Shown here: positions 39,101 to 52,340 of the stretch, piece by piece
How the letters are laid out: each line of letters starts with the position of its first letter
Position numbering within the stretch: the stretch's first letter is position 1
Assembly: GCF_910592395.1 (NCBI RefSeq)
Contig: NC_088308.1
Coordinates: 2,604,001-2,668,000 of the forward strand
DNA length: 64,000 nt
Direction: 5' to 3'
DNA from: Lineus longissimus
Lineage: Eukaryota
Position numbers and translations under genes: made by a program
The notes under the pieces: model-generated
The model's database searches: none
What the model was told of the DNA's origin: nothing
What the model saw: only the letters and a program-made list of their open reading frames with translations

Positions 39101-39682
39101 TCCACTAGGATACGATGTGCCTCTGTCATCAGTTTGCTGTCGTACAAACCTTACTAAACTTCGGCGTTTGTTTTGTTTATGATTCTCAATGAACAACAAG
39201 ACAGCCTCAGCAGCATGAAAACTGAGCCTTCTTTCTATACATGAGTCACCTTTCGATCTCATCCATTAGCATCATACACCGTCCTCATACATAATGCCTC
39301 TCAAGCAACCCAAGTAACTTAGTTGGTGTCAGATTGCTTCTCAAAGCTATATTATGTTTGCCATACAAAAATTGACATCAAAAGATGAATCGATACATAT
39401 AGAGAGAGGATTCATGCAGAGCTCGGGTTAACAAAAAGGGCTGATATAGTTTGCGTGGCTGGTGAAGCTCTAGATATGCTCAGAAGGAGCGTCCTAGGTG
39501 ACACCACTAGGTCGGACACCTTCGTCAAGCATCATCAGAAATTGACACTTTCGTCTATAATGATGATGTCATTGGTATAGAGCATCCTCAAAAAAGAACA
39601 CCAAGAACTGAAGTTTCAAGTCATCGTTTATTTTTGGTCTTTGGTTATTTCTTCGAGCTCGTCTTCATGTTTCGGTGACAGA

Positions 39683-39862
39683 TATGACCGGTGTGACAGC
39701 GGATATAGTCCCCCTGGAGTCATAGTCCGGTAGCATTGTATTTGATCAATTAAGCAGCATGATCTATTGTACCGCTAACCCTACTCAAAACATTTAGCAA
39801 TGCGGGCTATTGTTACACGGACTATCAGCCCTAGGACTACTATCCCTTGCACACCTGTCATA
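39683..39862. repeat. MITE-like element with imperfect TIRs
   Basis: TATGACCGGTGTG...ATAGTCC / GGACTA...CACACCTGTCATA inverted termini with sub-terminal TAGTCC/GGACTA repeats. Confidence 0.5.
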
Positions 39863-40699
39863 CACATGCCAACCTCCAACAACGATGTTTGCCTTTGATC
39901 GTTTATTTGTTGCTTATTCACATGTATAGGTCAACTAACGATACAACGCAGTGCGTACGCATACCATCTAAACCACGGGAGAAATGAATTCCCGCAATTT
40001 GCGGCGGCAGTCCATAAGGAGATCCAATAAGGATGACGCAATGGGCCGCCTCGTGAGTCTAGCTGTACTCGTGCTGTGAACACAAACAATGTGCATCAAC
40101 ATGATCAATGATGGCATTCACAAATTGTCTAACGCAGATGTGGTACAAGACCCGATGGCATCAATATAGGACATAAAAATGCCATTGCTGTTATAGTCGC
40201 TCATCGCTCTTGACATAGGACCTCATCCAGGGTAGTAATGCTACTGAGCTATCTACAACACATCAGTTTAAAATATCAGACTATCAGGTTTGCTGCACAT
40301 CCCTGAAGAAAGGCAGCCCGGTGACTGGGAATATGTAGTAAACACACGAATGCTTTCAAAGGTCGAACTCGACACCTTGTATAGCCTATTGCTTTCAATA
40401 AAAAAATTGGACTCAAGCATGAGAATTCGCCAACGCTTTCAAGAGCATCTTTTGTTTTTAAACCATGAAAAAGACAAAACCTCCCCAAAGTATACTCCAT
40501 TTCCTGGCCTTTCCTTGCCCTCGATAGCAGAAACATAAGATGAATCAAGCTACTATTTTTTTTGATGCATGACTCATCTCTCATGTCACTATCTTAGAAC
40601 TTGATACCGGTATTGGAGATGCAAATAGACAAACATCATCAATGACGGCAACATCAACATCAACAAACAAACATTGACTGTGGGCGTCGAGTTGACATA

Positions 40700-41090
40700 A
40701 AAGACCCGCGATAGGACGCCTGCTGGGAATGCATTACTTGTGTTGAATGCGGTTACGATTGGAATCAAGAATGTGCTTCAAAGAATCAAGCCACATTCAA
40801 TGTATTACCGATCACATGCTATACCATCTCAAAACCGACTGGCACATCCTAGTGCATACACATCATGGACGGAGGACATCTTCAGAGCCGAATGCAGAAG
40901 ACACATTCTGCAGCTTGGCTGGTGATCAAGGGAGTCTTCCAGGGTGTGTTTGGGCATTTGATCAGAGAAACCGCAAATTGGTCTATACGAGGACAAGTCA
41001 CAACCAGAAGACTTGGTCATCATTTCGACAAATCCCAAATTGGTCTTAAGAAAGGACAAAGTCACAATCAGAGGCTGGCATGAGATCACA
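40700..41090 (+). mobile_element. Degenerate RTE-like LINE 3' relic
   Basis: Frame-broken peptides NVLQRIKPHSMY / SQNRL / HIMDGG / KPQIGLYED resemble the RTE RT C-terminus (EVLQRA..PSMY..SQRRLRWLGH..MEDG..RPQLRYKD). Confidence 0.35.
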
Positions 41091-41692
41091 TGACCAACCA
41101 TGACAACAAAGTAATAAATAGATGTTTATTTCCTTACAGTATTGACTATGTACATTTAGGAATGGGGGTCAACTGATACACACCAACAAATAACAAGACC
41201 AAATAAAACAAAAGCAATACTACCCAAGTACGTCCATGAACAGAACAGACAGCATTCACAACCAAATGACTATACAATCTATAGTAGCCCTCAAAGTGGC
41301 ATGCAACTGGCGCTAGCTAAATAATTATACCATCAATGGTATCTTCAAAGGAGGAATGCAACTGGCATTCTTTAAAATAATAATATCAACTTATATGAGG
41401 TCGAGAAGCCCCAACTTCCAAGTTTCTTTTGATACTTTCCCATTCAAAGTTGCTACACCAAAAAATCACTTTGGGAAAGCCATAACTTCGAAACTGACAA
41501 AGCGACAATTTCCATTCAAAATTATGAACTCCCCAAACAATGAACATAATTCCAAGACAGTAGTTTTGCGACTTGGACTGCAGCTCTTCTACACCTACGT
41601 CATACAAAAATGAAGTTCACCTGGAGCGATGAATTAAACCCAAAGTTTACCTTTAACAATCCTATTAAAAAGTAGGTGTAACTTAAAATGTC

Positions 41693-41815
41693 AGTTGGGG
41701 ATAACTTCAAGGTTCTCTGTGACCACTTGTCCCCCTTGACATGCTCAAGATGAATGAATCAAGCATGTCAACAGGGACAATTTGGCAATTCAGAAACTTG
41801 AGATAATCCCAAACT
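41693..41815. repeat. Imperfect ~120-bp hairpin (inverted repeat)
   Basis: TTGACATGCT/AGCATGTCAA, TTGTCCC/GGGACAA and TCAAGGTTCT/AGAAACTTGA paired blocks around a 16-nt loop. Confidence 0.7.
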
Positions 41816-43932
41816 TATTATAATACTGATAGTTTTGTGACCTGCATGTTAACTTTACACGCCTACACATGCAGTTCCATCTTGAGTTATGGCTGGAAAG
41901 CAATGCCATTCCACTCATCCTTGGAGTATGATGACAAGTTTCAAAGTCCCTACTTAGTCAGGTGGTAACAGACGATTACGTCGTGCCTGTCTTCATTGTT
42001 CCATCTCCATCAAGTGATGGTTAGTAGCTAAATCAATTCATCAATTCATCAAAAACAAAACAGTACATTCATCTATAACGCCAAAAATAAGACCTATTAA
42101 GGAGCAAAACACCTCATGGACATCAATTAACTACAGGCAGGAGCCAGGTCGGCCCGATTAATTACACCAAGTTGCCAAAAGGGGTCTCTCCTATGTGATA
42201 GTGATCATGGTTACGTTTGTATGAGAAATATCCTTATCGCTGAATCAAACACCACTCCGAGCCCTGTGCATACAGGTCACCTTTGACCACCAAGCTCCTG
42301 CCTTAACACCCCCTTTTATACACAGCAATTCGAACATCAGCATCTTGGTCCAGTAATGGAACACCATGGAGAATCAGTTTCCCAACACAACATGCAATAT
42401 CAATTTTTGTTGACTCTGTCCAAAAACTGCTGGCGTTTCCAATTTAAGATCTTTTGACAAATATCCTAGCCATGGCAGAGTGCCATTACTACTAATGTAA
42501 TCCTGAGAAATTTATCCTGAAAGCCCTTATTATGATAACAGATGTAGGCAGTTGTATACCTTGTTGTTCAATCTACATTCGCCGATCACATATTAAAACA
42601 ACGGTAGACGACCCATACTGAAAATCTGACAAGACAAAAGTCTTTTTGGTAGTGCTTCGAGGTATTCAGTTCCATTTGGTGATATGAATAAAGACTAGTA
42701 AATGCTTTTATCTAAAACTCCATGTACATTTACACTAGGCCTTCCTGTACAAGTGAAAGCATTCGCTAATCTTTATTCATATCACCCATTGTGAGTGTAG
42801 ACATCACTCAACACAAAAAACATTTCAAAACATACATGAATGCCAGAAAAGTGAACAACTGCGGCTTTTGTAGACTGGTACTTGTTTGACAAAATTGGAA
42901 TCCTATTTTTATTGTGGGATGTCTCGATCACATGATTTTCCACTTCTTACAAAGGTCAAGGTTATAGCAGCAAGGGGTGACATGTCAAGAGAATGTAGAG
43001 ACTGTAACCATTAGCCGTCTGAATTGCAATCACATGATCAAGTCATCCCATAATATATGTTGGTCTTCCAACAGACAACCAGTTAGAACTGATCCAAACA
43101 TACAAACCTGATATTATGGACAAACAATTCGCATAAGCATCTTCTCAACTGATAAAACCTTCAAGCTGAAAGAAGCTCCTTGTAGCTGCAATTCATTCTA
43201 ATGTGAGCACCATTTATAATACAATAAATTGTTAATTTGTCAACATGACTGACATGATATGATATTCTTTCCCAATTAATATTACTTACTAACGATACTT
43301 TCACTTCTCTGCTATATTTCACACAGAACCGGGGGGGGGGGGGGGGCATTGACTTATCATTTGACAACCACTTTGAGTTCTGTCAACTGCATGAATTTCA
43401 GTTCTGCCAGATTTACTTTTAGCAGCAAACACAATGCTTCATAATTGACTAAAAGCATCCAACATAGGCAGGTGAGTCCAGCAAGAATTGGAATCTTTAC
43501 ATGTAGTAGTAAACAAAAAACCTGCCACCTCAAGTCAAATCAGCTCCAAGATCTTGCAGATATCATGTTCTAGTTTAATAAGATAAAACCTGACACTACT
43601 CAATTTATAAGACAACTAAAAATAGCCAGACTTTCATTTCAAAGTTAAGCAGACATGTCTCATTCCAATATCAACACAGTCGTATATTACATGTGTTGTA
43701 GTAATGCGAGTACAATGAAAGACAAAAGATTGTGAACCATAAATGCACATATGGAGACTTTACACATTCATTACAGATATCAGCCAGAGGAGGAGTTCAC
43801 GACAGGGACATCATCTCATTGCATGCATTAACAGAACATGCCGACTCCAACTTTATGAACGACAGAAGAAACGACTGGAGTTGAGCAGTAATATCGTTCT
43901 TGATTGTTCCAAGGATATCAAATGGATTCATC

Positions 43933-46410
43933 TCACTCTGTCAAACGGAGCAGCCTCCCAGATGTTGTACAGATCCTGAAAGATTTAAATTCGTATTTGA
44001 ATGACAACTGAGACATGACAATGCTCTATTCTTCAGTATAATGTGATGACTGACTTTGATTACATGTCACTTGCCCAAACTGAACTACGTCACTTACCAA
44101 TCAACCAGATCTGCCCCAATGATATCATGAATGTGATACATCATTCCGAGGCGGGCAACCTTCGGCAGCTTGCGAGTTTCCAAATCCTGAGAAAAAGAAC
44201 CAATAACCTCAATGCAATAATTTCATTACAAGATATCTGCCGTTACATGCTAAACCCACTCTTTGTTAAATTGTAAAATTGATGTCTTTTTGAGAGAAGC
44301 ATGTTTCAAAGACGCATACATCATGTTTTCAAATAGGCTTAAACCAACACCCAAACTGAATATCTTCACACTCTTAACATTAGCACCACTACCATCGCTG
44401 GCAAAAAGGTTTCAGGCTTTTGAACCATTTATACACCCAGTTTTAGAACATGTTTCCAGGCATACTCAAGCAACAGTCCACTGCTTTGAGGGGCAAACTC
44501 ATATCCAACCATAGTCCTGGAAACACAAGTGAACTATCCTGTGAATCCTGTTACTGAACGTTTTCACTAAATTTAACTTCAAGTCAAGAAGGACCCTCAC
44601 TCACTTGTTGTAAAATTTCTCGATATTTTGATTTTCTTATCATTGTGATCACAGCCTTCCTCCCCCGGAGAAAACTTTTGATAAAGATTCCTAGGTCTGG
44701 TATGGATAACCACCAACTTCCCACATCACGTGTATTGAGGACACCGCACTTTATCAGCTGGCTGAAATAAGAAATCGCTGTTATAATCCTAAATGTATTT
44801 GAAACAACGGCACTCTGATCCCCCCCCCCATCTTTAGATAGTCACCCTTTCAATATGAACTGCATTTTTCAACTTCCAAAGATCAATCCCAGCTTCGCTA
44901 CGAGTACTAAGGATGTTTTCTTCCAGGAAATACATGTATATAGCAAGCTTACTTTAATGGTTCAATCTTGATATCACATCCCATCAAATATATGTGAACA
45001 CCAATTGCCCAAAAAATAAGTTCAGGTTTTTCTTTGATACTCACTGGATTTCTTCCTCCTTGAACTTGTACTGAGTCATCAACTTCTGTTTATCAAAACT
45101 AATATCTGGACATTCTTTTATCACAGTATCAAAAAATCGTTCTGAAACAAGAAGATATCAGTTTATCCACAGAAATGTTGATGAAAGACAATTCCACACG
45201 ACATCAATAGGGCTGTCAAGTAGAGCTAGGAGCAAGTATAAAGGCTATCAATGTATTTTATTGAAAATGTACAATTCAATTCAATTCAATTACTCTAAAT
45301 TACTCTAAAATGATTTTCTATGAGGTCTTTTTTTCCATTTAAAGCAACAGCATTCAAACCAAGGAACCTTTAGAGGCAGTCAAATGAAAAATGTCCTAAA
45401 AGTTAAAAACAAACTTCACTGCTTACCAACAAGTGCCAAGTTAGCTCCTGACTTGACAGTGTGTAAGATCACGTGTCTTTTGTAGTCTTCAGTAAACACC
45501 AAACAAAACTCGTCAGCTTCAGACGTGCTCATCTTGAACATACGAACATCACCCCTGGTCCGCAATTCACCCTGAAATAAACAGGACACAAAAGGTACAC
45601 CTTATCAAAAAATTTTGTTTAATTGCAATTTGTCCCCAGTACACTATGATTCATTGGCCGGTTTTCAGTTTCTAGGACATTACTAACTAATTGAAAAAGT
45701 ATCCTGCCCTTTTCAAATCCTGGCCGAAGCACTAGATATGGTTTCATTTGACTACATACCAACTGTTTGTCTGCTAGAGTTCTATTTGTGATCATACTGT
45801 AGAGCTGGTGTTTGACTATGATTGGCGGAAGACGACTTTGAAACTTCTCCACAGGAAACAGATCCTTAAGGTACAACATTGTGGCCTCTGCATCATTTGG
45901 GAACGAAGAGTCTGGAATTCAAAGTGAAAAGTACAATACCTTTTAGAACCGAAGTGTGGTGGCTCATTTTCATTGTCCAACATCATGGACTTGGACACCG
46001 GCTCACAGTAATATGTCTTGCCCAACATCACTCCACCACTGCACCCTTGAAAACATCTAGCTCATACACTATGGAGCTTTTCAAAGAAGTTTGTTAAGGT
46101 GCTGACCAGCAATGTGTTTCACCTGGAACAAAGGGTCATGACATTGTCCAAAGTTGGCTCAGGTCCTCTGATGTGTTCTGAGTACGTGCATTTGTTTGTT
46201 TGAGCTCTAGTTTGTCTTTGTGAGGTCCATTTGGCTGAAAGACCAGGGAAAATTACCTGGCAATTCTGAATTCCACAGCCCATCTTCACTGTCAACGGCT
46301 TTTTCATCTTGCTGCGGCTGTTGTAGCTGCTGCTGAGGCTGAGCAACAAATCTTCGCTTACGACGATACAAGTCTGACACTGGCAGTGGCAAAGATCTTT
46401 TACGATTCAT
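43933..46410 (-). CDS. STK19: STK19 (WHR1), winged-helix transcription-coupled repair factor; 7 coding exons
   Basis: Exons 46257-46410, 45760-45911, 45427-45571, 45045-45141, 44605-44761, 44098-44186, 43933-43975, GT-AG and phase-consistent; motifs LPPIIVKHQLYS..RTLADKQL, GVLNTRDVGSWWLSIP, RLGMMYHIHDIIGADLVD, TTSGRLLRL. Confidence 0.93.
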
Positions 46411-46856
46411 GACTAGAAAAACAGGTGAATAACAGAACATCATATGCAAATGAGTGTCAGTATAGATGCACAACACCCCCAACCTCCCTATCATCGTGAG
46501 CAGACCCTGTGGTCCAGTCATCCTACATGTATTCCCAACCCAACTAACTGCAAAGAAGTGCTTCCTTTCCAGATCAACATAGTGCGCACTACCTACTTTA
46601 TACGCACTGTGTAGTGTGTAGTATACATTTGACAATGAATGAACAAATGAAAACTTGCCAACTGCGAATTACATAATCAACAAACAAAACCGTAGCAAGT
46701 GGTAAAATTGAGGTTGTTAAAAGGTAATACTCATATTTATTTATACTTTCATTTAAATTTCACTGTAATTATACCCACCAATTACGAGAAATTGAAGTAC
46801 TTATTCAGCAAAATTCGTTATTCATTCAATCGGCTCACGAGCCATGTTGTTAGTAT

Positions 46857-46898
46857 GTCACGTGACATATAGTGGCATTCAGTGGCGCCACCTGTGGG
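46857..46898. promoter_or_regulatory. Palindromic E-box GTCACGTGAC and CTCF-like site in the STK19 promoter region
   Basis: GTCACGTGAC at 46857-46866; GCGCCACCTGTGGG at 46885-46898. Confidence 0.45.
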
Positions 46899-47346
46899 AT
46901 ATTCGTGACAATATAAATTTAACCCACTCCTACCCTCAATCATATTCACCGCAAATCAGACCAGATCTAAGGAGTTTTGTTCTTTGAGATGAAGTCAACA
47001 GAAACAGAGAAGACAATGGGTCCTTAGCTCATTATCATCTCAGCTGCCAGCTTTAACAGAAATATTAACAGTAGTTTTCTCTGCCATGCCATACTCATAC
47101 AAAGATATGTTATGAACAAAACACAAGTCTTGATATGTAGATGTACATTTATTTACACACTTTGTACAAAAATTAAAGTCTTGCACACAGACAAATCTTC
47201 GAGGCCATCACTGACCTCCAAGTCAAAAGAATTCCTCGACTGGACCAGGTTTAAGCTGTTACAATACCAGACATATCAGTAGGCCTATAATGTCACATTT
47301 CCAGGATTTGGCCTTAGTGGCCTCATCAAAAATGTTCTCCACATTT

Positions 47347-50300
47347 CTAGGATTTGGCTGCAACCACCTCATCATCACTATCCTCAGCCTTCGCTGTCAG
47401 TGTTTCCTCTTCAATTTTCTTCTGAGATTTGGGCATAAATGATGTCAAATCCACTAAGAATTGTTCTGTTGATGGAGGACATAGGAAAAGGGCATCTTTT
47501 ATAAAAGGACCTATAATAACAAACAAAAAATTACCTTTTTGAAATTATACAGTTGGTTTCAGCAAATTCGTATTGATAATAACAGCACTACAGAATTGTG
47601 TATAACTGCATTTCTATTTCCCGGACCACCATTAGATACAAGCTGTGTACCCCTTAACCAGTTTTGTGTAACCAGGCCCCGATTGTAATGACGTACACAT
47701 TCTGCCAGAGTCCAGCATATCACCTACCCAAGTCAGGACTTCTTTTAGCACATATTGCAGTAATGAATTCCTTCAAGTTTTGTTCTAGTTGTTCATTTGT
47801 CATAGTCAACTAAAAACAAAAATATATCATATCAGAAAAACAGAGAAATCTTTCTGCAAAGAAGCAGTCGACTGAAGATAATTGGTACGGACAATGAAAT
47901 GGAAAGGACAGGAAAAACGACCAGAGATCTAATGCGCCTTGCAGAGCATAAACAACTTTGGTACCACATAGTCAACTATACAAGGTCACCCCAATTGGAA
48001 CATGGCTGCATGACAGATAGATTGATAGATAGATTAATGCTATAAGTGGCTTGGGCACTGGGTCTTATTGCCGGATCACTTACACTCCCAAATGCTACAT
48101 CAACGGTTCCCTCACTTTCTAGAGACGTCTTTTTCACTTCATATCTATGACCATTCCTAAAACGCTCCATCATCTCAGTTACACTTTGGCTAATATTTCC
48201 TGCAAGTAGATTAGTTTCAAGAAGTGTATATCAAGACCAGAAAACTTATACCACAAACTGAAAGATATTCATTATTAAACTATTACATGATTACAGGCAA
48301 GAAATCATTGAAGTCAAACTTAAGTTCTTGAAAAAAAATCCAGAAACATTGAAAATCCTGCCTACAACGACAATAAAGAAAACACACACCAGAAGCTCCA
48401 CGCTAAATAACTCACCATTTTTCTTATTGGGAAACAAATCTTTGATCATTGAGCGTATTTTCATCAGTTCGGGAGCAATGTCAAATGTTGAGATAACATA
48501 ATCAAACTCTTCGCGTAAAACTTCTGCTCGTTCAATCTGAAAATGCATAAAGACTGTCTGTTGAGTATACCCCTACATTTGCTTGTTGTAAATGTTAGTT
48601 CCCTGCCACCTCAGTTCATCACCAATTGGGTTTATTGGCCAATAAGTGACTCGGTCTTTTTATCCAAGTCGGGGATCTTTTGGGGACTTTTGCCTACACT
48701 TTGACAGAATGTGAAATTGGCTTCAAGTTTTTAGATGTTCATTTTCTTGTGCAATGCTATGCGTTATATATGTACATCATGTCAGCTTTATCTATACCAA
48801 CCCTTTTGATTAGGTCCAAGCCACCAGCATAAACAGCACCCATCTTTTCAGCTGCTTCAATATCCCCTGGTTCCTACAACAAATGAAGAGAGATAGATTA
48901 GTGCATGCGGAATCATATCAACATATTTCACAAAATACCACTGTTTCGGAATCAAATTCGCCACAAAATTATCTTACCTTGCAAAACGCCAAAATATTTC
49001 TTGTCTCTCCATGATCCCACGGATGAGGTAGACGCACAAGTTCTTTGAATGGCTTCATGAATTTAGTCTGAAACAGATAAACGCTCAAGGATGAAAAATA
49101 GCACAGTACCGGGTGTAGTACTCGGGGTAGTTTTCCCCGAGGATATTACACTAGTTCCACATTCTGTGACGAGCAAAAAATTTTTAGAAGCAGTGCCGGG
49201 ATTGATTATTCAACAAAGACTTGTATCTAAAGACTGAAGGTTGACACAAAAGGTAGTCAATAATCTGTATTATTTAGTTCCTTTACATAGTGAGGAACAA
49301 GTTACCTTTTTCTTAGTTGAAAAATCTAGTGTCATCTTTGCAACAATCATTCCTTCCATATTATCCAACATAGCTGGCTGAGCATATTCTTTATGCATTT
49401 CAATGGCTTTTAAGGCAGTATACATCGGCTCAGCATAAAGGGCTCGTATCCACACATCATCGACCACCTGTCTCGTATTCACACGGATAATCTTTTTTTC
49501 TTCAACATTGGCATTTCTGAAGTAAAGAGAAGAACAACATTAAAAACATTGGGGTAAGAAAGATGAATCCTCTTTCTACGCATGGGTACTACAGGTACGA
49601 TATCCCTCACATTTCAATTGTCAGCTAATGCTTGAAATACTACATGTAAATACCTGAACACTGTGTTACTGACAACTCACTTCTTTTGATTTGTCCATTT
49701 TGCCTTTTCCTTTGCTTCGTGTGGAGCTTTATTTTTTTGACTGTTCTTTGTCTTCCATCTCACTTGCTGAATAAGAATCTGCCCAGACGGATGTTGTTTC
49801 CATTGGGATGATATCCTGCTTCCAAACCTGGTGACTGAAAAGACATTGCTACGTTACAGTTAACAGCTTTTGCAGTTAAGAAATGTGCCTCCAAAATGCT
49901 CCAATTATGACAATGACGGACATTGCGCTATGATATAGACTCCAGACCATGCCTACTGATGAGAAATCACCGTCACCGACCACCAAAATTAAAGTAAATA
50001 GTAACAAGACACAACCTGACAATCCCAGCCGGGACAAACCGCGATGATGTGATGATGCTGCAAAGAAGTTGCGAAGATAACAAAGACCACCGAGATACAT
50101 GAGAACTATGTACCTATACCTACATGCTGTACATCAATGGCAATGCACTATAGGCCTAGCTGGCTTCAGTCCAGAGAGGTCATAACAAATCTCATATTTA
50201 CAGAACAGCCAGACCAATATAATCAGAATCATCTTTTATTCATATGAATGTGTTATCAGTTTACATATTGGTGCTATAAATCATAAAATACAGGCAAAGA

Positions 50301-50367
50301 AAAAGGATTTATTGAAGATTTTGCAGAAAAAAATACCCGAAAATATGCTCCGCATGGAGGCTGCCAT
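47347..50367 (-). CDS. MRPL1: Mitochondrial large-subunit ribosomal protein uL1m; 9 coding exons
   Basis: Exons 50337-50367, 49681-49834, 49306-49516, 48978-49067, 48802-48873, 48416-48536, 48084-48199, 47728-47809, 47347-47510; motifs VDDVW..LY, AEKMGAVYAGGLDLI, MERFRNGH, EQLEQNL..GPFI; basic N-terminal presequence; AATAAA at 47148-47153 (minus). Confidence 0.93.
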
Positions 50368-50406
50368 CTTGAAAATCTTCAGTGGAAGAGGAAAAAAAGT
50401 GACAAC

Positions 50407-52340
50407 ATGGCGGAGGTGAGACAAAAGTTTCAGGAAATGATCACTTTTTTCGCTTTTACACAACTTGTACACGTCTAAAATGTATTTTAGTTTGGCCAAA
50501 TGTATTCATCAAAGTTGAAGAAGTTATACTTTACTTGTTCAGGCATGTCCATTGTGTCTTGATCCGGAAAACGGAAAATTATAGCCTATGAATGATTAAG
50601 TCTGGCCACTTCCACTTAACAGGGGCAGGGCTGTTGTGACGTTGTGTTGATGGGGCAGAGGAGTGTTTACACGATACACTACATGACTACAATAATATGA
50701 ATATGTACCCTGTGTGTACTAGAGTCACACTCACTGTCACTGACAGCACAGTAGTGACACTGTCCCACGTCTGTGTCTCATGTCTTCAGTTATAAACTTC
50801 ATAAATTTTATTTTATTTTATTCAGGATTTGAAGAAACTGTTCCATCGGCAAATGAAACAGTAAGTATGTCATTAAGTATTATGTTCTTACTCAAATATT
50901 CATGCCTCTGGGTAGGAAAACTTTAACTTCAAACCCACTAGATATGTTAATACTTCTGTCAGATAGACATCATTCTAGCAACCATGACAAAACTTTCTTT
51001 AGAATGCTAATTAGCCTAAGTGGTTTCCTGACTGGACATGGAAGACAACTATCATCGCCACGTGTACCAGTCCCAAGGACGGGACAGCCCAGGAGAAAAA
51101 TAATAGACACTCTAACAGCAGCCTCACTCCTACTTGTTTTGATATATACTTTCAGGATTGATGGTCTTCATGCCATCATAGTAACAGACAGAGAAGGTGT
51201 CCCGGTTGTGAAGGGTAAGTACCACACCTGAATATAGAAAGGTTATTTTAAGGCTGTCTTTGGTAGGTCTGCCCAATGTTTAGATTGATCAAGTACTGTT
51301 GTTCCACAATTACTATAATTCCTACCCTCTTCACTGTTGCGAAGGAAACTTGCATTAAAACGAGATCTGAACTTCGAGATCAAATAGAGTGATCATTTCG
51401 CATCTTTTTTGCGTGTCTTTTATATCCTTACTTGTTCTGTTTCAGTTTCTGATGACAGTGCTCCAGAACTAGCTACGAGGCCATCATTCCTCTCAACCTT
51501 TGGTATCGCTACAGAACAAGCCAGTAAATTAGGACTTTCTCGCAACAAAAATATGATATGCTTTTACACAAATTACCAGGTAAGTTGAATGCAGTAAAAG
51601 GAACCTGTGGTTCAAAAAGCTGTTCGTCAAAAAGAGGGGTTGAATAATTTTGAAATTTCCATATAAGTACATACCTTTTCATTCATGACTATTGAAGACA
51701 GTCTTTGTGGTGACAAGCGAAGATGAATTTCTATTAATAACAGGGAGTCTGCTCCTATGCATCGAATGCTTTGGCTGAAGACAATGGCACATTCTGCAAT
51801 TGTTCAAAGCTTGGCTTGTTCTCACAGTAAATAGCAACTAGGCCAGAAGATGTTACATCTTACTGATAAAGTGAAATCTACAATAGTATAGAGCATCTTT
51901 GACAATTTCTGCTTCTGTCATTTTCAGGTGGTGCATTTGAACAAATTGCCTTTGATTGTGACAATGATTGCAACAAGTGATGCTAATACTGGTAAGGGTC
52001 ATTAATAGTTGTTCATAAGCCAGCTTGTCTTAATCCTGAGTGCAGCCTTAGTACCGGTAGATGTTTAGTGCATTCGATAACTGGTGCCACACTCGGGGAA
52101 AATCCGGATCTCACGCCTTGATGCACAAGCCCTGTAGGGCCTAGTAAATGACATCTCTGCAAATGTTTGAAATTCGTAGCATACATGTATTGGCTGGGCA
52201 TGTTCTGGGTTAGATACATGTACCAATTAAGAACAATATGCATCTCTATAAAATTGTTCTTTGCAGGTCTTATTCTGAGTCTTGAGCAAGAATTGGACGA
52301 TGCTTTACAGGAATTGAAAATGGCTGTCAGCGGATCATAA
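50407..52340 (+). CDS. LAMTOR3: Ragulator complex subunit LAMTOR3 (MP1); 6 coding exons
   Basis: Exons 50407-50415, 50826-50860, 51156-51214, 51446-51579, 51928-51991, 52267-52340 give MAEDLKK..GLHAIIVTDREGVPVVKV..PELATRPSFLSTF..ASKLGLSRNK..YQVVHLNKLPL..ANTGLILSLE. Confidence 0.96.

Noticed and set aside
25520..40600. Protein-coding genes among the many 60-116 aa ORFs
   Set aside because: No recognisable domains or phase-consistent exon chains; region looks like non-coding DNA with decayed repeats.
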